A program made the position numbers and the translations under genes. Below the pieces are notes generated by a model. It did no database searches. It saw only the letters and a program-made list of their open reading frames with translations, and had not been told where the DNA came from. DNA of 64,000 nt from Candidatus Woesearchaeota archaeon. Lineage in GTDB: Archaea; Nanobdellota; Nanobdellia; SCGC-AAA011-G17; JAGVZY01. Below are positions 8,662 to 19,247 of this stretch, in pieces. The stretch is taken from the NCBI GenBank assembly GCA_018302225.1, contig JAGVZY010000012.1, positions 11,191-75,190 of the forward strand. The letters run 5' to 3'. Position 1 is the first letter of the stretch. Each line of letters begins with the position of its first letter.

Positions 8662-10647
8662 TTAGAAACTGGTTACTTCAGGTTTTGAAAGTGAAAAGAA
8701 TAATCTTTGGAAGAAAGCACTTGTTTTTCTTAAGAAACTTACATCGTTTACTTTAACTTCAAACTCACTTAAACCTGTGTAGTTAATTCCATTTTGATCT
8801 TGATAAGAAATATCAAATCTTAATTTATTGTCTTTTATTTCCCAACCATGAATTGGAACTTTGAATATTTTAGTTTCATTTAAGTTTTGTATTTTTAAAA
8901 TATCTCTGTCATTCATACTTATTTTAATATTTTTTGAGTCTAAAATTGGTTTGACTTCAAAATAAATATATCCTTTCTTATCATAATCTACTTCAGAAGC
9001 TTTGAAATTTGAAATTAAGATTTCAGGTCTACCATTAACTATTAAGTCTAAAGTATAATATTTTAAAATTTCTTTATTGTCTATTTTGCCTTTAAAAGAA
9101 ATAACAATTTCTCTGCTTTTGTCTAATTCAAATTGATAATCTAAATTTTGAGAGGATTTAGAAGGTATATTTAAGGTTTTACATTCTTTTTCTGCACAGG
9201 CTTCTATTGTTAGTGATTTTGAATAACTGTTTGAAATTGTACATTTAATATTTGCTTTTTCATAATCATAATATTCTGATTTATCTAAGGAGCAAATTGT
9301 GTTGAGATATTCAAATGAATTCGTTAACTCTTTTGGAATTAATTCTTTTGCTTGTTCTAGTGTGAATAATTTTCCTTTTAATGAATATTCTATTTCAATT
9401 TCTTTTGTTTCTCCAAATAAAGTTTTTACTTCTGCTTTTGTTTTATAAATATAATTTTTTTCCGCATCTTCGCTTAATTTTATAATCCAATAAATTTTCT
9501 TTTTTTCATAAGGTTCAAGAAGTATAGTTTTTGTATTATCTCCTTCTATTCCTGGAGCCTTTGTTAAGTATAATGAAGTTGAAACATAATAAGGTTTTGA
9601 ATTTTGAAGAGTTACTTCAAGAGGAAGGTAACTTCCTGCCTTATAATCTTCAAAAGGAATATTTAAGCTTGTTGAAACTAATTTTTCAAGACCTTTATTT
9701 TCTGAAACTAAATTAATTTTGTTTGAGATTTCTCCAATTTTTTCTAATTGCGCATTATTAGTGCTTAACCAAGAATATTCAATTACTCCTTCTGAGCCAT
9801 CTAAAGATCTTTTTAAAGCAATATGTGAAGAATCTATCCATCCAAATTGTTTGTAAGTTGGATCAAATGGAACCCATCCTTGATTAGGGAAATAAACTTC
9901 TACCCATGCGTGAGGACCCCAGTCTCCTACTAAATTTGAATAAACCATTCCTGAAACAAATCTTACTGGAATATTCATACTTCTTAAGAATGCTGCAAGT
10001 AATGAAGCAAATTCATCACAAACACCAACTTTATTTTCTAAGACCCAAGACGCTTTTAGAACTCCTTGTGAAGTTGAATAGGTTGTTTTTCCAGAGGTTT
10101 GAACATAATCTAAATCATATTTAATATTAGTTGATACCCAATTAGCATATTTATAAACTAATTTATAATAATCATCTTCATTTTCTGCAATTTCTAGAGC
10201 TTTTTGTTTTATTATCGGAGCATTATAATCTATATTTTCAGATTCTTTTACATATTCTAAATTTAGTTTATTTGAATTCGGAAATTCAATCTTTTTTGTT
10301 ATTATTACGGGTGTGTTAAATGTACTTATTTTGGAATCATAGCCAAATAAATATTCTCCTGACGGTTTTTTCCATGAGTAAACCATTGAATCGTTCTTAT
10401 TTGAAAGTTCTGCTTGTGGATTTGAATAGAAATTAATATTATTTACATTTTGTAGTTCTGTGTTTATTGGATAGAATTGCAAATCTGCTGAGACAGAATC
10501 TGCATTATTAATTTTAAATTTTGCTTCTGTTTTTAAGTTTAAGTTTAAAGATGAAGAATCTGAATAGTCTGCGTCTGTAGCTAATAAACTTGTAGATAGA
10601 GTTAAAACTATTAAAATAAGTATAAAATTTAGGAAATATTTATTCAT
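8662..10647 (-). CDS. Secreted transglutaminase-like (Cys-His-Asp) domain protein
   Basis: Signal peptide; GVCDEFA, HAWVEVY, WVPFDPT; beta-rich C-terminal region. Confidence 0.88.
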   Translation of the reverse strand: MNKYFLNFILILIVLTLSTSLLATDADYSDSSSLNLNLKTEAKFKINNADSVSADLQFYPINTELQNVNNINFYSNPQAELSNKNDSMVYSWKKPSGEYLFGYDSKISTFNTPVIITKKIEFPNSNKLNLEYVKESENIDYNAPIIKQKALEIAENEDDYYKLVYKYANWVSTNIKYDLDYVQTSGKTTYSTSQGVLKASWVLENKVGVCDEFASLLAAFLRSMNIPVRFVSGMVYSNLVGDWGPHAWVEVYFPNQGWVPFDPTYKQFGWIDSSHIALKRSLDGSEGVIEYSWLSTNNAQLEKIGEISNKINLVSENKGLEKLVSTSLNIPFEDYKAGSYLPLEVTLQNSKPYYVSTSLYLTKAPGIEGDNTKTILLEPYEKKKIYWIIKLSEDAEKNYIYKTKAEVKTLFGETKEIEIEYSLKGKLFTLEQAKELIPKELTNSFEYLNTICSLDKSEYYDYEKANIKCTISNSYSKSLTIEACAEKECKTLNIPSKSSQNLDYQFELDKSREIVISFKGKIDNKEILKYYTLDLIVNGRPEILISNFKASEVDYDKKGYIYFEVKPILDSKNIKISMNDRDILKIQNLNETKIFKVPIHGWEIKDNKLRFDISYQDQNGINYTGLSEFEVKVNDVSFLRKTSAFFQRLFFSLSKPEVTSF

Positions 10648-10761
10648 AAAATAAGAATAATTTAAGAGTTTTTAAAGGTTTAGGGTTTGTTTAGAAAGAA
10701 TATCTTCTATATATAGGAGTATATATTAATTCGGTTCTTCGCCTTATTTTATTAAGCTCGT

Positions 10762-11100
10762 TTATTCCATTCTTTTTATAACATCTTGATAAGCTTTGAT
10801 TAATATAGGTTCAATTATTTGATATACTCTAGGAGGTAGTTCCCATCTTATTGCTATAAGAAAGTCTTTTTTGAATTTGTCAGTTATGTCCTTATTAATT
10901 TGATTATTTTTAATAACCCTGCCCCCTTCAACAACAGATTTTATTTCTAATACCTCTTCTTTTATGAATAAGTCAGGTAGTTTAGAATAAAGAATTTCAA
11001 TTTGCTCTTTAGTTGTTGCATCTTTATTCATTCCTTTTTCTAATCCAATAATTTCTTCAAAAATAGGAGTTAAATAACTTGGTTTAAAATTTTCATTCAT
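10762..11100 (-). CDS. Hypothetical protein
   Basis: 112-aa ATG ORF; no recognisable motif. Confidence 0.6.
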   Translation of the reverse strand: MNENFKPSYLTPIFEEIIGLEKGMNKDATTKEQIEILYSKLPDLFIKEEVLEIKSVVEGGRVIKNNQINKDITDKFKKDFLIAIRWELPPRVYQIIEPILIKAYQDVIKRME

Positions 11101-11167
11101 ACTTTATTTTACCTTGTTAAGTTTATAAAACTAATCTTTGCTTTAAAAAGGAGATTTATAAATAGAA

Positions 11168-11932
11168 TTAAACCTTTTCTTGTTCTTGCACTTTAGAAAT
11201 TGTGTTTATAATCAAATCTTTTACTTTTTCTACGTTTTCTTTAAAAACTGTTAAGATTGTGTCCCAAGAAACAGGTTCTACATCATCTCTAAAGCTATCA
11301 TAATCTGTTGAGATTGCAATTGCTGCATAAGGTATTTTAATTTCATTTGCAAGAATACATTCTGGCGCAATTGACATATTTACTACATCTGCTCCAAGAA
11401 TTCTATACATTTTTGATTCTGCTTTTGTTGAGAATCTTGGGCCTTCAATTGTAATTACAGTTCCTTTTTCATGAAATTTTAAGTTCATTTCTTGTGCTGT
11501 TGTGCAAAGAACACTTCTTAAGTTTTCATCAAAAGGTGCGGGCATTGCACAGTGTTTTATTCCATCTGTGAAATTAACATTAAATGAAGAATGTTCTCTA
11601 AATCTTGTAAATTCAATAAACTGATCAAGTATAATCAAATCTCCTCTTTCTATTTCTTCTCTTAGAGAACCACAAGCAGTTGTTGCAATTATATGAGTTA
11701 CACCTAATTCTTTTAGAGCATAAATATTTGCTTTGTTATTAACTAAGGTTGGAGAAATTTCATGCTGTTTTCCATGTCTTGAAAGAATAACAACTTCAAT
11801 ATTATTTATTTTTCCTAAAATTAAATTTGAAGAAGGTGCACCATAAGGTGTTGAAATTTCAATTTCACTTTGTTCTTTTAGAATCGCAGGATCTTCTAGG
11901 CCTGTTCCACCAATTATACCTACTTTTATCAT
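11168..11932 (-). CDS. mtnP: S-methyl-5'-thioadenosine phosphorylase
   Basis: GIIGGTG, TPYGAPS, RHG, ACGSL, EGPRFSTKAES, TDYD. Confidence 0.92.
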   Translation of the reverse strand: MIKVGIIGGTGLEDPAILKEQSEIEISTPYGAPSSNLILGKINNIEVVILSRHGKQHEISPTLVNNKANIYALKELGVTHIIATTACGSLREEIERGDLIILDQFIEFTRFREHSSFNVNFTDGIKHCAMPAPFDENLRSVLCTTAQEMNLKFHEKGTVITIEGPRFSTKAESKMYRILGADVVNMSIAPECILANEIKIPYAAIAISTDYDSFRDDVEPVSWDTILTVFKENVEKVKDLIINTISKVQEQEKV

Positions 11933-11972
11933 TATCTTATTTAGAATAATTTAAATTATTTAAAGCTAATGT

Positions 11973-13040
11973 TTAGTATTTAAAGGAAATCTCTTTCTTA
12001 TTTATTATTTTTTTAAATCTATCTATAAAAATCCAGAAGTCTTGTTTTGAAATATTTCCGCCACATGATTTTGAATGTCCTCCAAAACGTCCAATGAGAC
12101 CTTCCAAGGCTTCTCCAATTATATCGGGCAGGTTTAACTTTGATGATGCTGGAGCTCTAAAACTACATATCATTTCTTCTCCTGTATCTCTTGCAATTAT
12201 AACATATTTGTCGGGAAATTTGTAAAGCATGTAATTACTTGTAAATCCGCTTAGACTTACTTTTGTGGTTTTGTATGGAAAGACAATTAAATTTCCATCT
12301 GGTTTTGTTTCTAGGGCTTGTTCTATTATTTTTTCAGCGTATTTTCCTGCATATTTTGATTCACGTACAATCAATTTTCCTCTTGAAGTTGTTTCATTCG
12401 TTATTTCATAAGGAGATTCTATTTTGTCTAGTGTATTGAATATTTTTTTCAATTCTGAAGATTTATTTTTTATGCAGAAAAATAAAGTTATTCCTAATTT
12501 CCCTATGAGGGTTTCAAATAAAGCCTTACTGGGTTCTTTTATTTTGTTTGAAAATAAATCTGGATATTGTTTTATAAATTCTTCACTAAAATCAGGAATT
12601 GTCCAGTCATTAATACAACCAGTCATAGCTATCCATAAGTCTTGTTGGGCGATTTTATAACACCAATAGCTTGTTGGAAAACTATCTTTTCCACCATTAT
12701 GTAGATGGGGGTTGAATATTTTTAGATCTTTATAATTTAATTCTTTATTTAGGGGATGATGATCTATCCATACAACTGGAACAGATAATCCGTCAAGAAA
12801 ACTTTGATGTATTGGAGATTTGTCTAAAACAAATATTATATCAGGTTTTAAATAATCTACTCTGCTTAAATAATTAGAATCTAGATTTCCAGTAATCATA
12901 GTATACTTTCCACGTTTTATTAATCTTTTTAAGAGTAAGTAAGAACATAAACCATCTGGATCATTGTCAAATAAGAATAAAGGATTTTTACTAGATTCTA
13001 GAATTTTTCTTATTTCTTTAATTTCTGTATCTGTAATCAT
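11973..13040 (-). CDS. DHH/DHHA1 phosphoesterase (RecJ/NrnA-like)
   Basis: DNDPDG, VLDK, IDHH, C-terminal SFR..GGH..SCGG. Confidence 0.85.
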   Translation of the reverse strand: MITDTEIKEIRKILESSKNPLFLFDNDPDGLCSYLLLKRLIKRGKYTMITGNLDSNYLSRVDYLKPDIIFVLDKSPIHQSFLDGLSVPVVWIDHHPLNKELNYKDLKIFNPHLHNGGKDSFPTSYWCYKIAQQDLWIAMTGCINDWTIPDFSEEFIKQYPDLFSNKIKEPSKALFETLIGKLGITLFFCIKNKSSELKKIFNTLDKIESPYEITNETTSRGKLIVRESKYAGKYAEKIIEQALETKPDGNLIVFPYKTTKVSLSGFTSNYMLYKFPDKYVIIARDTGEEMICSFRAPASSKLNLPDIIGEALEGLIGRFGGHSKSCGGNISKQDFWIFIDRFKKIINKKEISFKY

Positions 13041-13041
13041 T

Positions 13042-14013
13042 TTAATTCTTTAGAAACTTATTAACTTCTTCTTTTATTATCAAAGCTTCATCTGTTTTTA
13101 TAATTGCAAAGCTTTTTATTCTTAACCTTTTCTGGAGGGAAGCCATTATAGAATTCATTATTTCTGGATTGTTTATAGCAATTTCACCAGTAAATACTAT
13201 TTTGTCTATTTTTTCAAGTGTTGCTTGATAAGCACAAATCTGCTTTATTAGACTGTACTTAAAATATTCTATTGCAAAGTCTCCTTTTTTTGATTTTTTT
13301 AAGTCTCTGAAATCATTACTAAATCCTGAAATTGCTAAGAGCCCTGATTTATTATAAAGAATATCTTCAACTTTTTTATAATTCTTAAATTGTTTAAATA
13401 AACTTAAGATGATTCCTGGATCTATTGAACCTGGACGAGTACCCATAACTATGCCTTCTAAAGGAGTAAATCCCATTGAAGTATCTAGAGGTTTCCTGTC
13501 TTTAATTGCAGTTATTGAAGAACCATTTCCTAAATGGCAACTTATTATATTTCCTGGAAACATTTTTGCTATATAGGTATGAGATAATCCATGAAACCCA
13601 TAACGTCTTATTTTGAATTGTTTGGGTATAGGGTAGATTTTTGCAAGTTCTGGTAAATCTTTGTAAAATAAAGTGTCGAACACAGCAATTTGTTTTATTT
13701 TATGTTTATTACAATAAGGTTTGCAAAGTTCTATAATCTTTATTTCATGGGGCTGATGTAATGGTGTAAATTCTGAGTATTTTTTTAATTCTTTTATTGT
13801 TGTAGAATTAATAATTAGGGGTTTTTTATTATCTTTTCCATGAACAACTCTATGGGCGATTATATCTATTTTTTCTTTAATATTTTTTAGTATAAAATTA
13901 ACATCTTTTTTTAGATTTTTAGATTCTATCCTCTTTTCATGAACTTTTTTATCATCTTGAAAGAAGGCATATCTTAATGAAGAGCTGCCTACATTAAAAA
14001 TGAGAATATTCAC
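13042..14013 (-). CDS. ackA: Acetate kinase (compact)
   Basis: NVGSSS, HRVVHG, PLH, AVFDT, RRYGFHGLSH, HLGNGSS, DTSMGFTPLEG. Confidence 0.92.
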   Translation of the reverse strand: MNILIFNVGSSSLRYAFFQDDKKVHEKRIESKNLKKDVNFILKNIKEKIDIIAHRVVHGKDNKKPLIINSTTIKELKKYSEFTPLHQPHEIKIIELCKPYCNKHKIKQIAVFDTLFYKDLPELAKIYPIPKQFKIRRYGFHGLSHTYIAKMFPGNIISCHLGNGSSITAIKDRKPLDTSMGFTPLEGIVMGTRPGSIDPGIILSLFKQFKNYKKVEDILYNKSGLLAISGFSNDFRDLKKSKKGDFAIEYFKYSLIKQICAYQATLEKIDKIVFTGEIAINNPEIMNSIMASLQKRLRIKSFAIIKTDEALIIKEEVNKFLKN

Positions 14014-14558
14014 AATTTCATCTCCCCAAATAAATTATTTATTGAAGATTCTGGCCAACCCGAATTTTTCAAGATGTAAGCTATTTGGAATTTTGAAAAT
14101 CCTTTTGCAAGATTTTGTTTAACATATTGTTTTGCTTTTTCTAGGGCATCTTCTTTTTTTGCTTCTTCAAATGCTCTTTCAATATCTATAGCCTTCCAAC
14201 CTTGAGCAGTAATTACGCTTCTAATTTCGTTTTCGCTATATCTTAGGTCTAATACTGTTTTAATGTATTCTTTCAGTTTTTTAAATTCATCCTCTTGTTT
14301 GATAGGAGACTCAACTTTAAAATCTTGTTTATTAAGTATCTTTTCAGTTACTATTTCTTTTTTAGGAGAATTTTTTGAAATTAGTATTGGATTCATTGAA
14401 GGTAATTTTATTTTTCCTATTTTAGTGGGTTTTGACGGTCTTAAAAATTTAATTAAAGCAATAATAATTATTATAAGTATAATTATACCTAAAACTAGAA
14501 GTATTAATTTGTAATCAATGCCTACATTTTCTAATCCAGTTATTGTTAAATATATCAT
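14010..14558 (-). CDS. Membrane-anchored protein with two ~36-aa helical repeats
   Basis: One TM helix; repeats Y(I/V)K..L...(Y/F)S..(E/Q)I...(I/L)...GW....I...F. Confidence 0.75.
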   Translation of the reverse strand: MIYLTITGLENVGIDYKLILLVLGIIILIIIIIALIKFLRPSKPTKIGKIKLPSMNPILISKNSPKKEIVTEKILNKQDFKVESPIKQEDEFKKLKEYIKTVLDLRYSENEIRSVITAQGWKAIDIERAFEEAKKEDALEKAKQYVKQNLAKGFSKFQIAYILKNSGWPESSINNLFGEMKL

Positions 14559-14830
14559 TTCTCTTTTTTGCTTATAAATTTGAAATTTTGATTTAGTTCA
14601 GGAAGGTTGTATCCTGAAATAATTAGGGTGTGCATAATCTCTTCTTTATTAAATCCCTTTTCAAAGTTATCCTTCATATAATTTATTATTTGGATATTTC
14701 TATCAGGTAATAATTCATTTATTAATTCAAGAGAATATCCATTATTTATAAGATTCTTCTTAATTTGATCAATTTCATAACCTTCAAAAATCATTTCATC
14801 TATGTAAATCTTAAGTACCTCTTTGTTCAT
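14555..14830 (-). CDS. Small protein made of two copies of the same helical repeat
   Basis: YIDEMIFEGYEIDQIKKNLINNGY and YMKDNFEKGFNKEEIMHTLIISGY; ATGA overlap with the next gene. Confidence 0.7.
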   Translation of the reverse strand: MNKEVLKIYIDEMIFEGYEIDQIKKNLINNGYSLELINELLPDRNIQIINYMKDNFEKGFNKEEIMHTLIISGYNLPELNQNFKFISKKEK

Positions 14831-14924
14831 ATTTAAAGGATTGCAATTGGGATTTAAAAAGTTTATCTTGTTTCCTTGGTTTGAGATTAGAAAATTTTAT
14901 AATTGCGGGGTTTATTGGGCATAT

Positions 14925-15821
14925 ATGTCAAATTTTATAGTTAAGAATTTTTGGTTAACTTTCTTAATTGGCATGTTTTTTGGGGTGTTTTCTGGGTTTT
15001 CAAAAAAGTTATCTCCTTATATTTTATATATGCTCATCTTTATATTATTTTTAAGTTGTTTGCAAATTGATTTAAGAAACCTTTTTGTAAGAATAAAAAA
15101 TTATAAATTAATATTTTGGTTAGTTTTATGGATTTTAATATTATTACCTCTTTTATACATTCTTCTTAGAGTATTTTTAGATTTAGATGTAAGCCTTGCA
15201 ATTTTAATTTTATTAGTAATGCCTGCAGGTATGACTATTCCTTTTTATAGCAGTTTATTTAAGGGAGATATGGAGTTGGCTTTAGTTTTAACAGTAATTA
15301 CCTCTTTGCTTTGTCCATTTACTATACCTTTATTAATTAAATTCTTTTTAGGTACTGGCTTTTCAATAAATTTTCTAGATATGTTGACTATGTTAAGTTT
15401 GGTTATTTTTATCCCGTTTTTAGTTTCAATTTTAATTAGAAAGTTTGCTTTGGTTTTTATTGAAAAAACTAAAAAATATTATTCTTTTCTATCTTTATTT
15501 GTTTCAATGTTTTTAATGGCTGGAGCAATAGCTAAAATAGATTTTTTAGAAGTTTTAAAAGGTAGTGAGTTAGTTTATCCTTTTATTTTGTTATTTGTCT
15601 TAGCTTTTGTTTTGCATATAATTGGTTTCTTTATTGTTAGGGGAGATATTAAGACAAGAATAACTTCTTCTTTAGCTATAGCTTATATGAATTCTACTCT
15701 TGCAATTGTATTTGCAGCAAGTTTTTTTAGTCCAAAAGTTTTAGTAATAGTTACTTTATATCAAATTCCAGTAAATATTGCTTTAATGTTTTCAGGAATA
15801 ATATTTAGAAAAATAAATTAA
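14925..15821 (+). CDS. Bile acid:sodium symporter family transporter
   Basis: About 9-10 TM helices; MPAG, GDMELAL, NSTLA. Start re-assigned to ATG 14925 (the longer ORF overlaps the divergent gene). Confidence 0.82.
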   Translation: MSNFIVKNFWLTFLIGMFFGVFSGFSKKLSPYILYMLIFILFLSCLQIDLRNLFVRIKNYKLIFWLVLWILILLPLLYILLRVFLDLDVSLAILILLVMPAGMTIPFYSSLFKGDMELALVLTVITSLLCPFTIPLLIKFFLGTGFSINFLDMLTMLSLVIFIPFLVSILIRKFALVFIEKTKKYYSFLSLFVSMFLMAGAIAKIDFLEVLKGSELVYPFILLFVLAFVLHIIGFFIVRGDIKTRITSSLAIAYMNSTLAIVFAASFFSPKVLVIVTLYQIPVNIALMFSGIIFRKIN

Positions 15822-15823
15822 AA

Positions 15824-16420
15824 CTAAATTTTCATTGAATATTTGAATTTTTTGTTATGTTTTCTCTTTAATTGTGCTTTGTATCCTGGTCGAGTTTTTT
15901 CAGAACCTTTACCTTTATATCTTAATCCTCTTGAAGTTCTTGCAGATGAAGTTTTTCCTCTGAATACTCTTCCTCTACCTTTTGCAACCCATTTTGTTTT
16001 AATATCCGAAAGTATAACTGGATGCGCTCTATCTAATAATATAATTTCATACCAATAATATTTACCATTTTTTCCAAGATAATAACTGTTTAGAACTTCG
16101 CAATTATTAAATTTTTCAGCAGCTCTTCTTTCACAAATATTTTGATAATTTAATTGTAAAACTTTTTTTGGTGTGTTTTTACCAGATTTTCTTCCTTTTT
16201 TGTTTGGTCTAGGCCTTTCATGACCGCCCCTAATAACTCTGACTCTTGCTAATATATAGCCTTGTTTTGCTTTATAGCCTAAAGTTCTTGCTTTATCAAG
16301 TCTTGTAGGTTTTTCAACCCTTATTACTGCCGGCTCTAGAGACCATTCTGTGAATCTTTTTCTTTCTAGATCCTTGCTAAGATTGCTCCAAGTTTGATTT
16401 AAACGTGTATAAAGGCCCAT
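15824..16420 (-). CDS. rpl15e: 50S ribosomal protein L15e
   Basis: PTRLDKARTLGYKAKQG, EVLNSYY, YEIIL.D..HP, RVFRG.TS. Confidence 0.96.
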   Translation of the reverse strand: MGLYTRLNQTWSNLSKDLERKRFTEWSLEPAVIRVEKPTRLDKARTLGYKAKQGYILARVRVIRGGHERPRPNKKGRKSGKNTPKKVLQLNYQNICERRAAEKFNNCEVLNSYYLGKNGKYYWYEIILLDRAHPVILSDIKTKWVAKGRGRVFRGKTSSARTSRGLRYKGKGSEKTRPGYKAQLKRKHNKKFKYSMKI

Positions 16421-16483
16421 TTTTAAGTCTATTTTGTTTTAAAAACGCGGTTTTTATAAAACTTTCCCTCTTAATCTGTATTT

Positions 16484-16657
16484 ATGGAAAATTATATCAA
16501 ATATGCGTTAGGTGTTTTGTTGATTGGAATGGGTATATATAGTTATGTACAATGGCCTGTTCTTTTAAGTAATTTACTTAATGTTCTTGGTGGTTTTATA
16601 GGTTTGATTGTAATTGGGTTAGGCATTTATTTTATTAGAATTGCAAATAAAGACTAA
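16484..16657 (+). CDS. Small two-TM membrane protein (57 aa)
   Basis: Manual translation MENYIKYALGVLLIGMGIYSYVQWPVLLSNLLNVLGGFIGLIVIGLGIYFIRIANKD*; TTTTATAAAA box upstream. Confidence 0.7.
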   Translation: MENYIKYALGVLLIGMGIYSYVQWPVLLSNLLNVLGGFIGLIVIGLGIYFIRIANKD

Positions 16658-16688
16658 ATTTATATAATCTTGATAGAATTCTTTTTTT

Positions 16689-17165
16689 ATGGATGTATTA
16701 GCACATTTTTTATGGATAAATGCTCTTTTTTATAAAAGAAAAAAAGCTTGGTTAGCTGGATTGTTTGGAATATTACCTGATGTTGTAGCTTTTGGGCCTA
16801 TGCTTATTTTATATTTTTTTATTGATGGAGTAAAATTTGGAAAGCCAGATTATATTCCGGGTTTTGTCCAAGCACTTTATAATTTAAGCCATAGTTTAGT
16901 TATCTTTTTAGGAGTTATATTTGGAATTTATTTTTTAACTAAAAAATTTTATTGGTATTTAACTGGTTGGGGTCTGCATATTTTGATGGATATCCCAACA
17001 CATGCAAGAGATTTTTTTCCAACACACTTTTTGTATCCTTTATCTGATGTAACTTTTAATGGTTATAGTTGGGGGCAGAAAGATTTTATGGTTGTTAATT
17101 GGTTGTTGTTAGCCGTTGTTTATCTAATGTTGTTAATACGTGTGCGAAGGAAGAAGATCAAATAG
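16689..17165 (+). CDS. Membrane-bound metal-dependent hydrolase (YdjM-like)
   Basis: AH.., LPD, SHSL, HILMD, LYPLS motifs. Confidence 0.75.
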   Translation: MDVLAHFLWINALFYKRKKAWLAGLFGILPDVVAFGPMLILYFFIDGVKFGKPDYIPGFVQALYNLSHSLVIFLGVIFGIYFLTKKFYWYLTGWGLHILMDIPTHARDFFPTHFLYPLSDVTFNGYSWGQKDFMVVNWLLLAVVYLMLLIRVRRKKIK

Positions 17166-17206
17166 ATTTAAGAAACTTTTATATATTTTAGATTCTTTTT
17201 TTGTTT

Positions 17207-17617
17207 ATGGATATTAAATCTTTGTTAAGATGGATTAAAATACTTGGTGTGATTTCTTTAGTAGTTATTTTTGTGTTATTTATTTTTTCTATTTATTTAT
17301 TAAGTTTGCCTTTTGAGTCACACGATGGTTATATTTTTTTAATAGTCTGGCCTATTTGGATTATAATTGTAGGCATAATTGCTTTGTGGGGATTAAGCTT
17401 TTTTATTAATCACTTGGTTAAGATAAATAAGAAAAGCATAGCTAATCTTATTTTAATTTTAGGTCTTTTTGGAAGTTTAACTCTTATGATTGTTTTAGTT
17501 TTGAATTTTGCTAATTTTTTATCTCCTGTTTTTGGTTTAGTCAGTATAATAATTCATTCTTTAATCTTCTTATTAATCCTTTATTTTGCAATTGCTTTAA
17601 AAATAATTAATAATTAG
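17207..17617 (+). CDS. Hypothetical 4-TM membrane protein
   Basis: Hydrophobic ORF; ATG at 17207 chosen as start. Confidence 0.6.
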   Translation: MDIKSLLRWIKILGVISLVVIFVLFIFSIYLLSLPFESHDGYIFLIVWPIWIIIVGIIALWGLSFFINHLVKINKKSIANLILILGLFGSLTLMIVLVLNFANFLSPVFGLVSIIIHSLIFLLILYFAIALKIINN

Positions 17618-18959
17618 AAGTTAACAAATTCTCATTAAAATGATCTGCTGTAAGTAGAATTCCTGATGGAAGTTTTGTTTTTAGTGGAATGTTTAAATGT
17701 GGTAAACCTGCAAGATTAGGACCTGCAGTTAAAATGTCCATTAAGTAGTTTTGTAGTGGAGTTAGTTTTTCTATTTCTTTGAATTTTGGTGGGAAAATAG
17801 GCATAGTTGGCGTTGCGATAATTTCATATTTTTTTAGAGTTTCTTTGTATTCATTTATTATTAAGGTTCTAACTTTTGCAGCTTTCATATAATAAGCATC
17901 TCTGAAACCAGCCATTCTTGCAAATGTTCCTATTATAATTCTTCTTTTTGCTTCTTTTCCAAAATGTTTTGAACGTGTTTTTGAGAAATATTCTGTAAAG
18001 TTTCCTTCTAATTTTTCATGCTGTCCATATCTTAGACCGCAATATTTTGCTAAATTAGTTGATGCTTCTGAAAGTGCAAGGATATAATAAACTGCAAGAG
18101 AATATTTCTTTGTTATTGGCAATTTTATTTCTTCATAATCATAATCTTTTAGGTAATTTAGAGTTGATTCTTCTATTTCAGGTTCTACTCCGTCCATTAA
18201 ATCTGAGACTAAAGCAACTTTTTTTATTTTTGTTTTAGTTGGTTGTGAATGTAGTGAAGTAGAATCTTTTAAATCTTTTCCAGACATAATATCTAAGAAT
18301 TCTTGCATTAATTCTGGAGTTTTAGACATTAAACCAATTTTATCTAATGAATTTCCATAATCAATTAAACCATATCTTGAGATTAAACCATAACTTGGTG
18401 TTAAACCATAAACTCCACAGAATGAAGCAGGGTTAGCAATCGAACCGCCTGTTGATTCTGCAACTGAAATATGTGGGAAATCTGCTAATTGAGTAATACA
18501 AGCTGAACCACCTGAAGAACCACCACAAGAATGTTCTTTATCTATTGGATTTTTAGGAATTTGATAACCTAAACCAACATTAGTTGAGAAACCACCAAAA
18601 CCAAATTCATCTTGTGCAGTTTTTCCTATGATAATTGCACCTTCATCTATTAATTTTTGAATTGCAGTTGCGTTGAATAATGGTTTATATCCTTTTAAAA
18701 TTCTAGAACCTGCTGTGCTTTCTACATTTTTAACACATAGACAATCTTTAACTGAAACAAATAAACCCGGAATTTTTTTCTTTTTTATTCCTTTATCTTT
18801 TCGTAAATTTTTAGCTTGTTGTATTGCTAGGTCTTCTGAAATTGTATTAAAACAATTATATTCTGAATTTAATTTTTTTATTTTTTCTAGAACTTTGTAG
18901 GTAGATTCAAGAATATTAACTTCATCATTTTTAACTGAATTAATATGTTGTTTTAACAA
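17607..18959 (-). CDS. gatA: Asp/Glu-tRNA amidotransferase subunit A
   Basis: VKD, GGSSGGS, ESTGGSI amidase signature, YCGLRYG, EAKRRIIIG; TTG start abutting gatC. Confidence 0.92.
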   Translation of the reverse strand: MLKQHINSVKNDEVNILESTYKVLEKIKKLNSEYNCFNTISEDLAIQQAKNLRKDKGIKKKKIPGLFVSVKDCLCVKNVESTAGSRILKGYKPLFNATAIQKLIDEGAIIIGKTAQDEFGFGGFSTNVGLGYQIPKNPIDKEHSCGGSSGGSACITQLADFPHISVAESTGGSIANPASFCGVYGLTPSYGLISRYGLIDYGNSLDKIGLMSKTPELMQEFLDIMSGKDLKDSTSLHSQPTKTKIKKVALVSDLMDGVEPEIEESTLNYLKDYDYEEIKLPITKKYSLAVYYILALSEASTNLAKYCGLRYGQHEKLEGNFTEYFSKTRSKHFGKEAKRRIIIGTFARMAGFRDAYYMKAAKVRTLIINEYKETLKKYEIIATPTMPIFPPKFKEIEKLTPLQNYLMDILTAGPNLAGLPHLNIPLKTKLPSGILLTADHFNENLLTSNY

Positions 18960-19247
18960 TTAAATCACCTTAGGACCCTTGAAATGAGAGTCTTTTTTGT
19001 GTTCTGTTAATGAGAATATTTCTTCTTTTGTTAATGAAGACTCTGGAATGTCTTCTCTTAGAGCATTTTTAATTTTAATTGGATGAAAAGAAGGCTCAAC
19101 ATTTTTAGTGCTGACAGAATCTAATTCTTTAAAATAAGATAATATTTCTTCCAATTGAGGAAGAAATTCTTTTATTTCTGCGTCAGATAAATCTAACATA
19201 GCATTCTTTGCTATTTTTTTCATCAACTCTTTATTTATCTGAGACAT
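18960..19247 (-). CDS. gatC: Asp/Glu-tRNA amidotransferase subunit C
   Basis: IAKNAML.L, LRED, FKGPKV; directly upstream of gatA. Confidence 0.9.
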   Translation of the reverse strand: MSQINKELMKKIAKNAMLDLSDAEIKEFLPQLEEILSYFKELDSVSTKNVEPSFHPIKIKNALREDIPESSLTKEEIFSLTEHKKDSHFKGPKVI

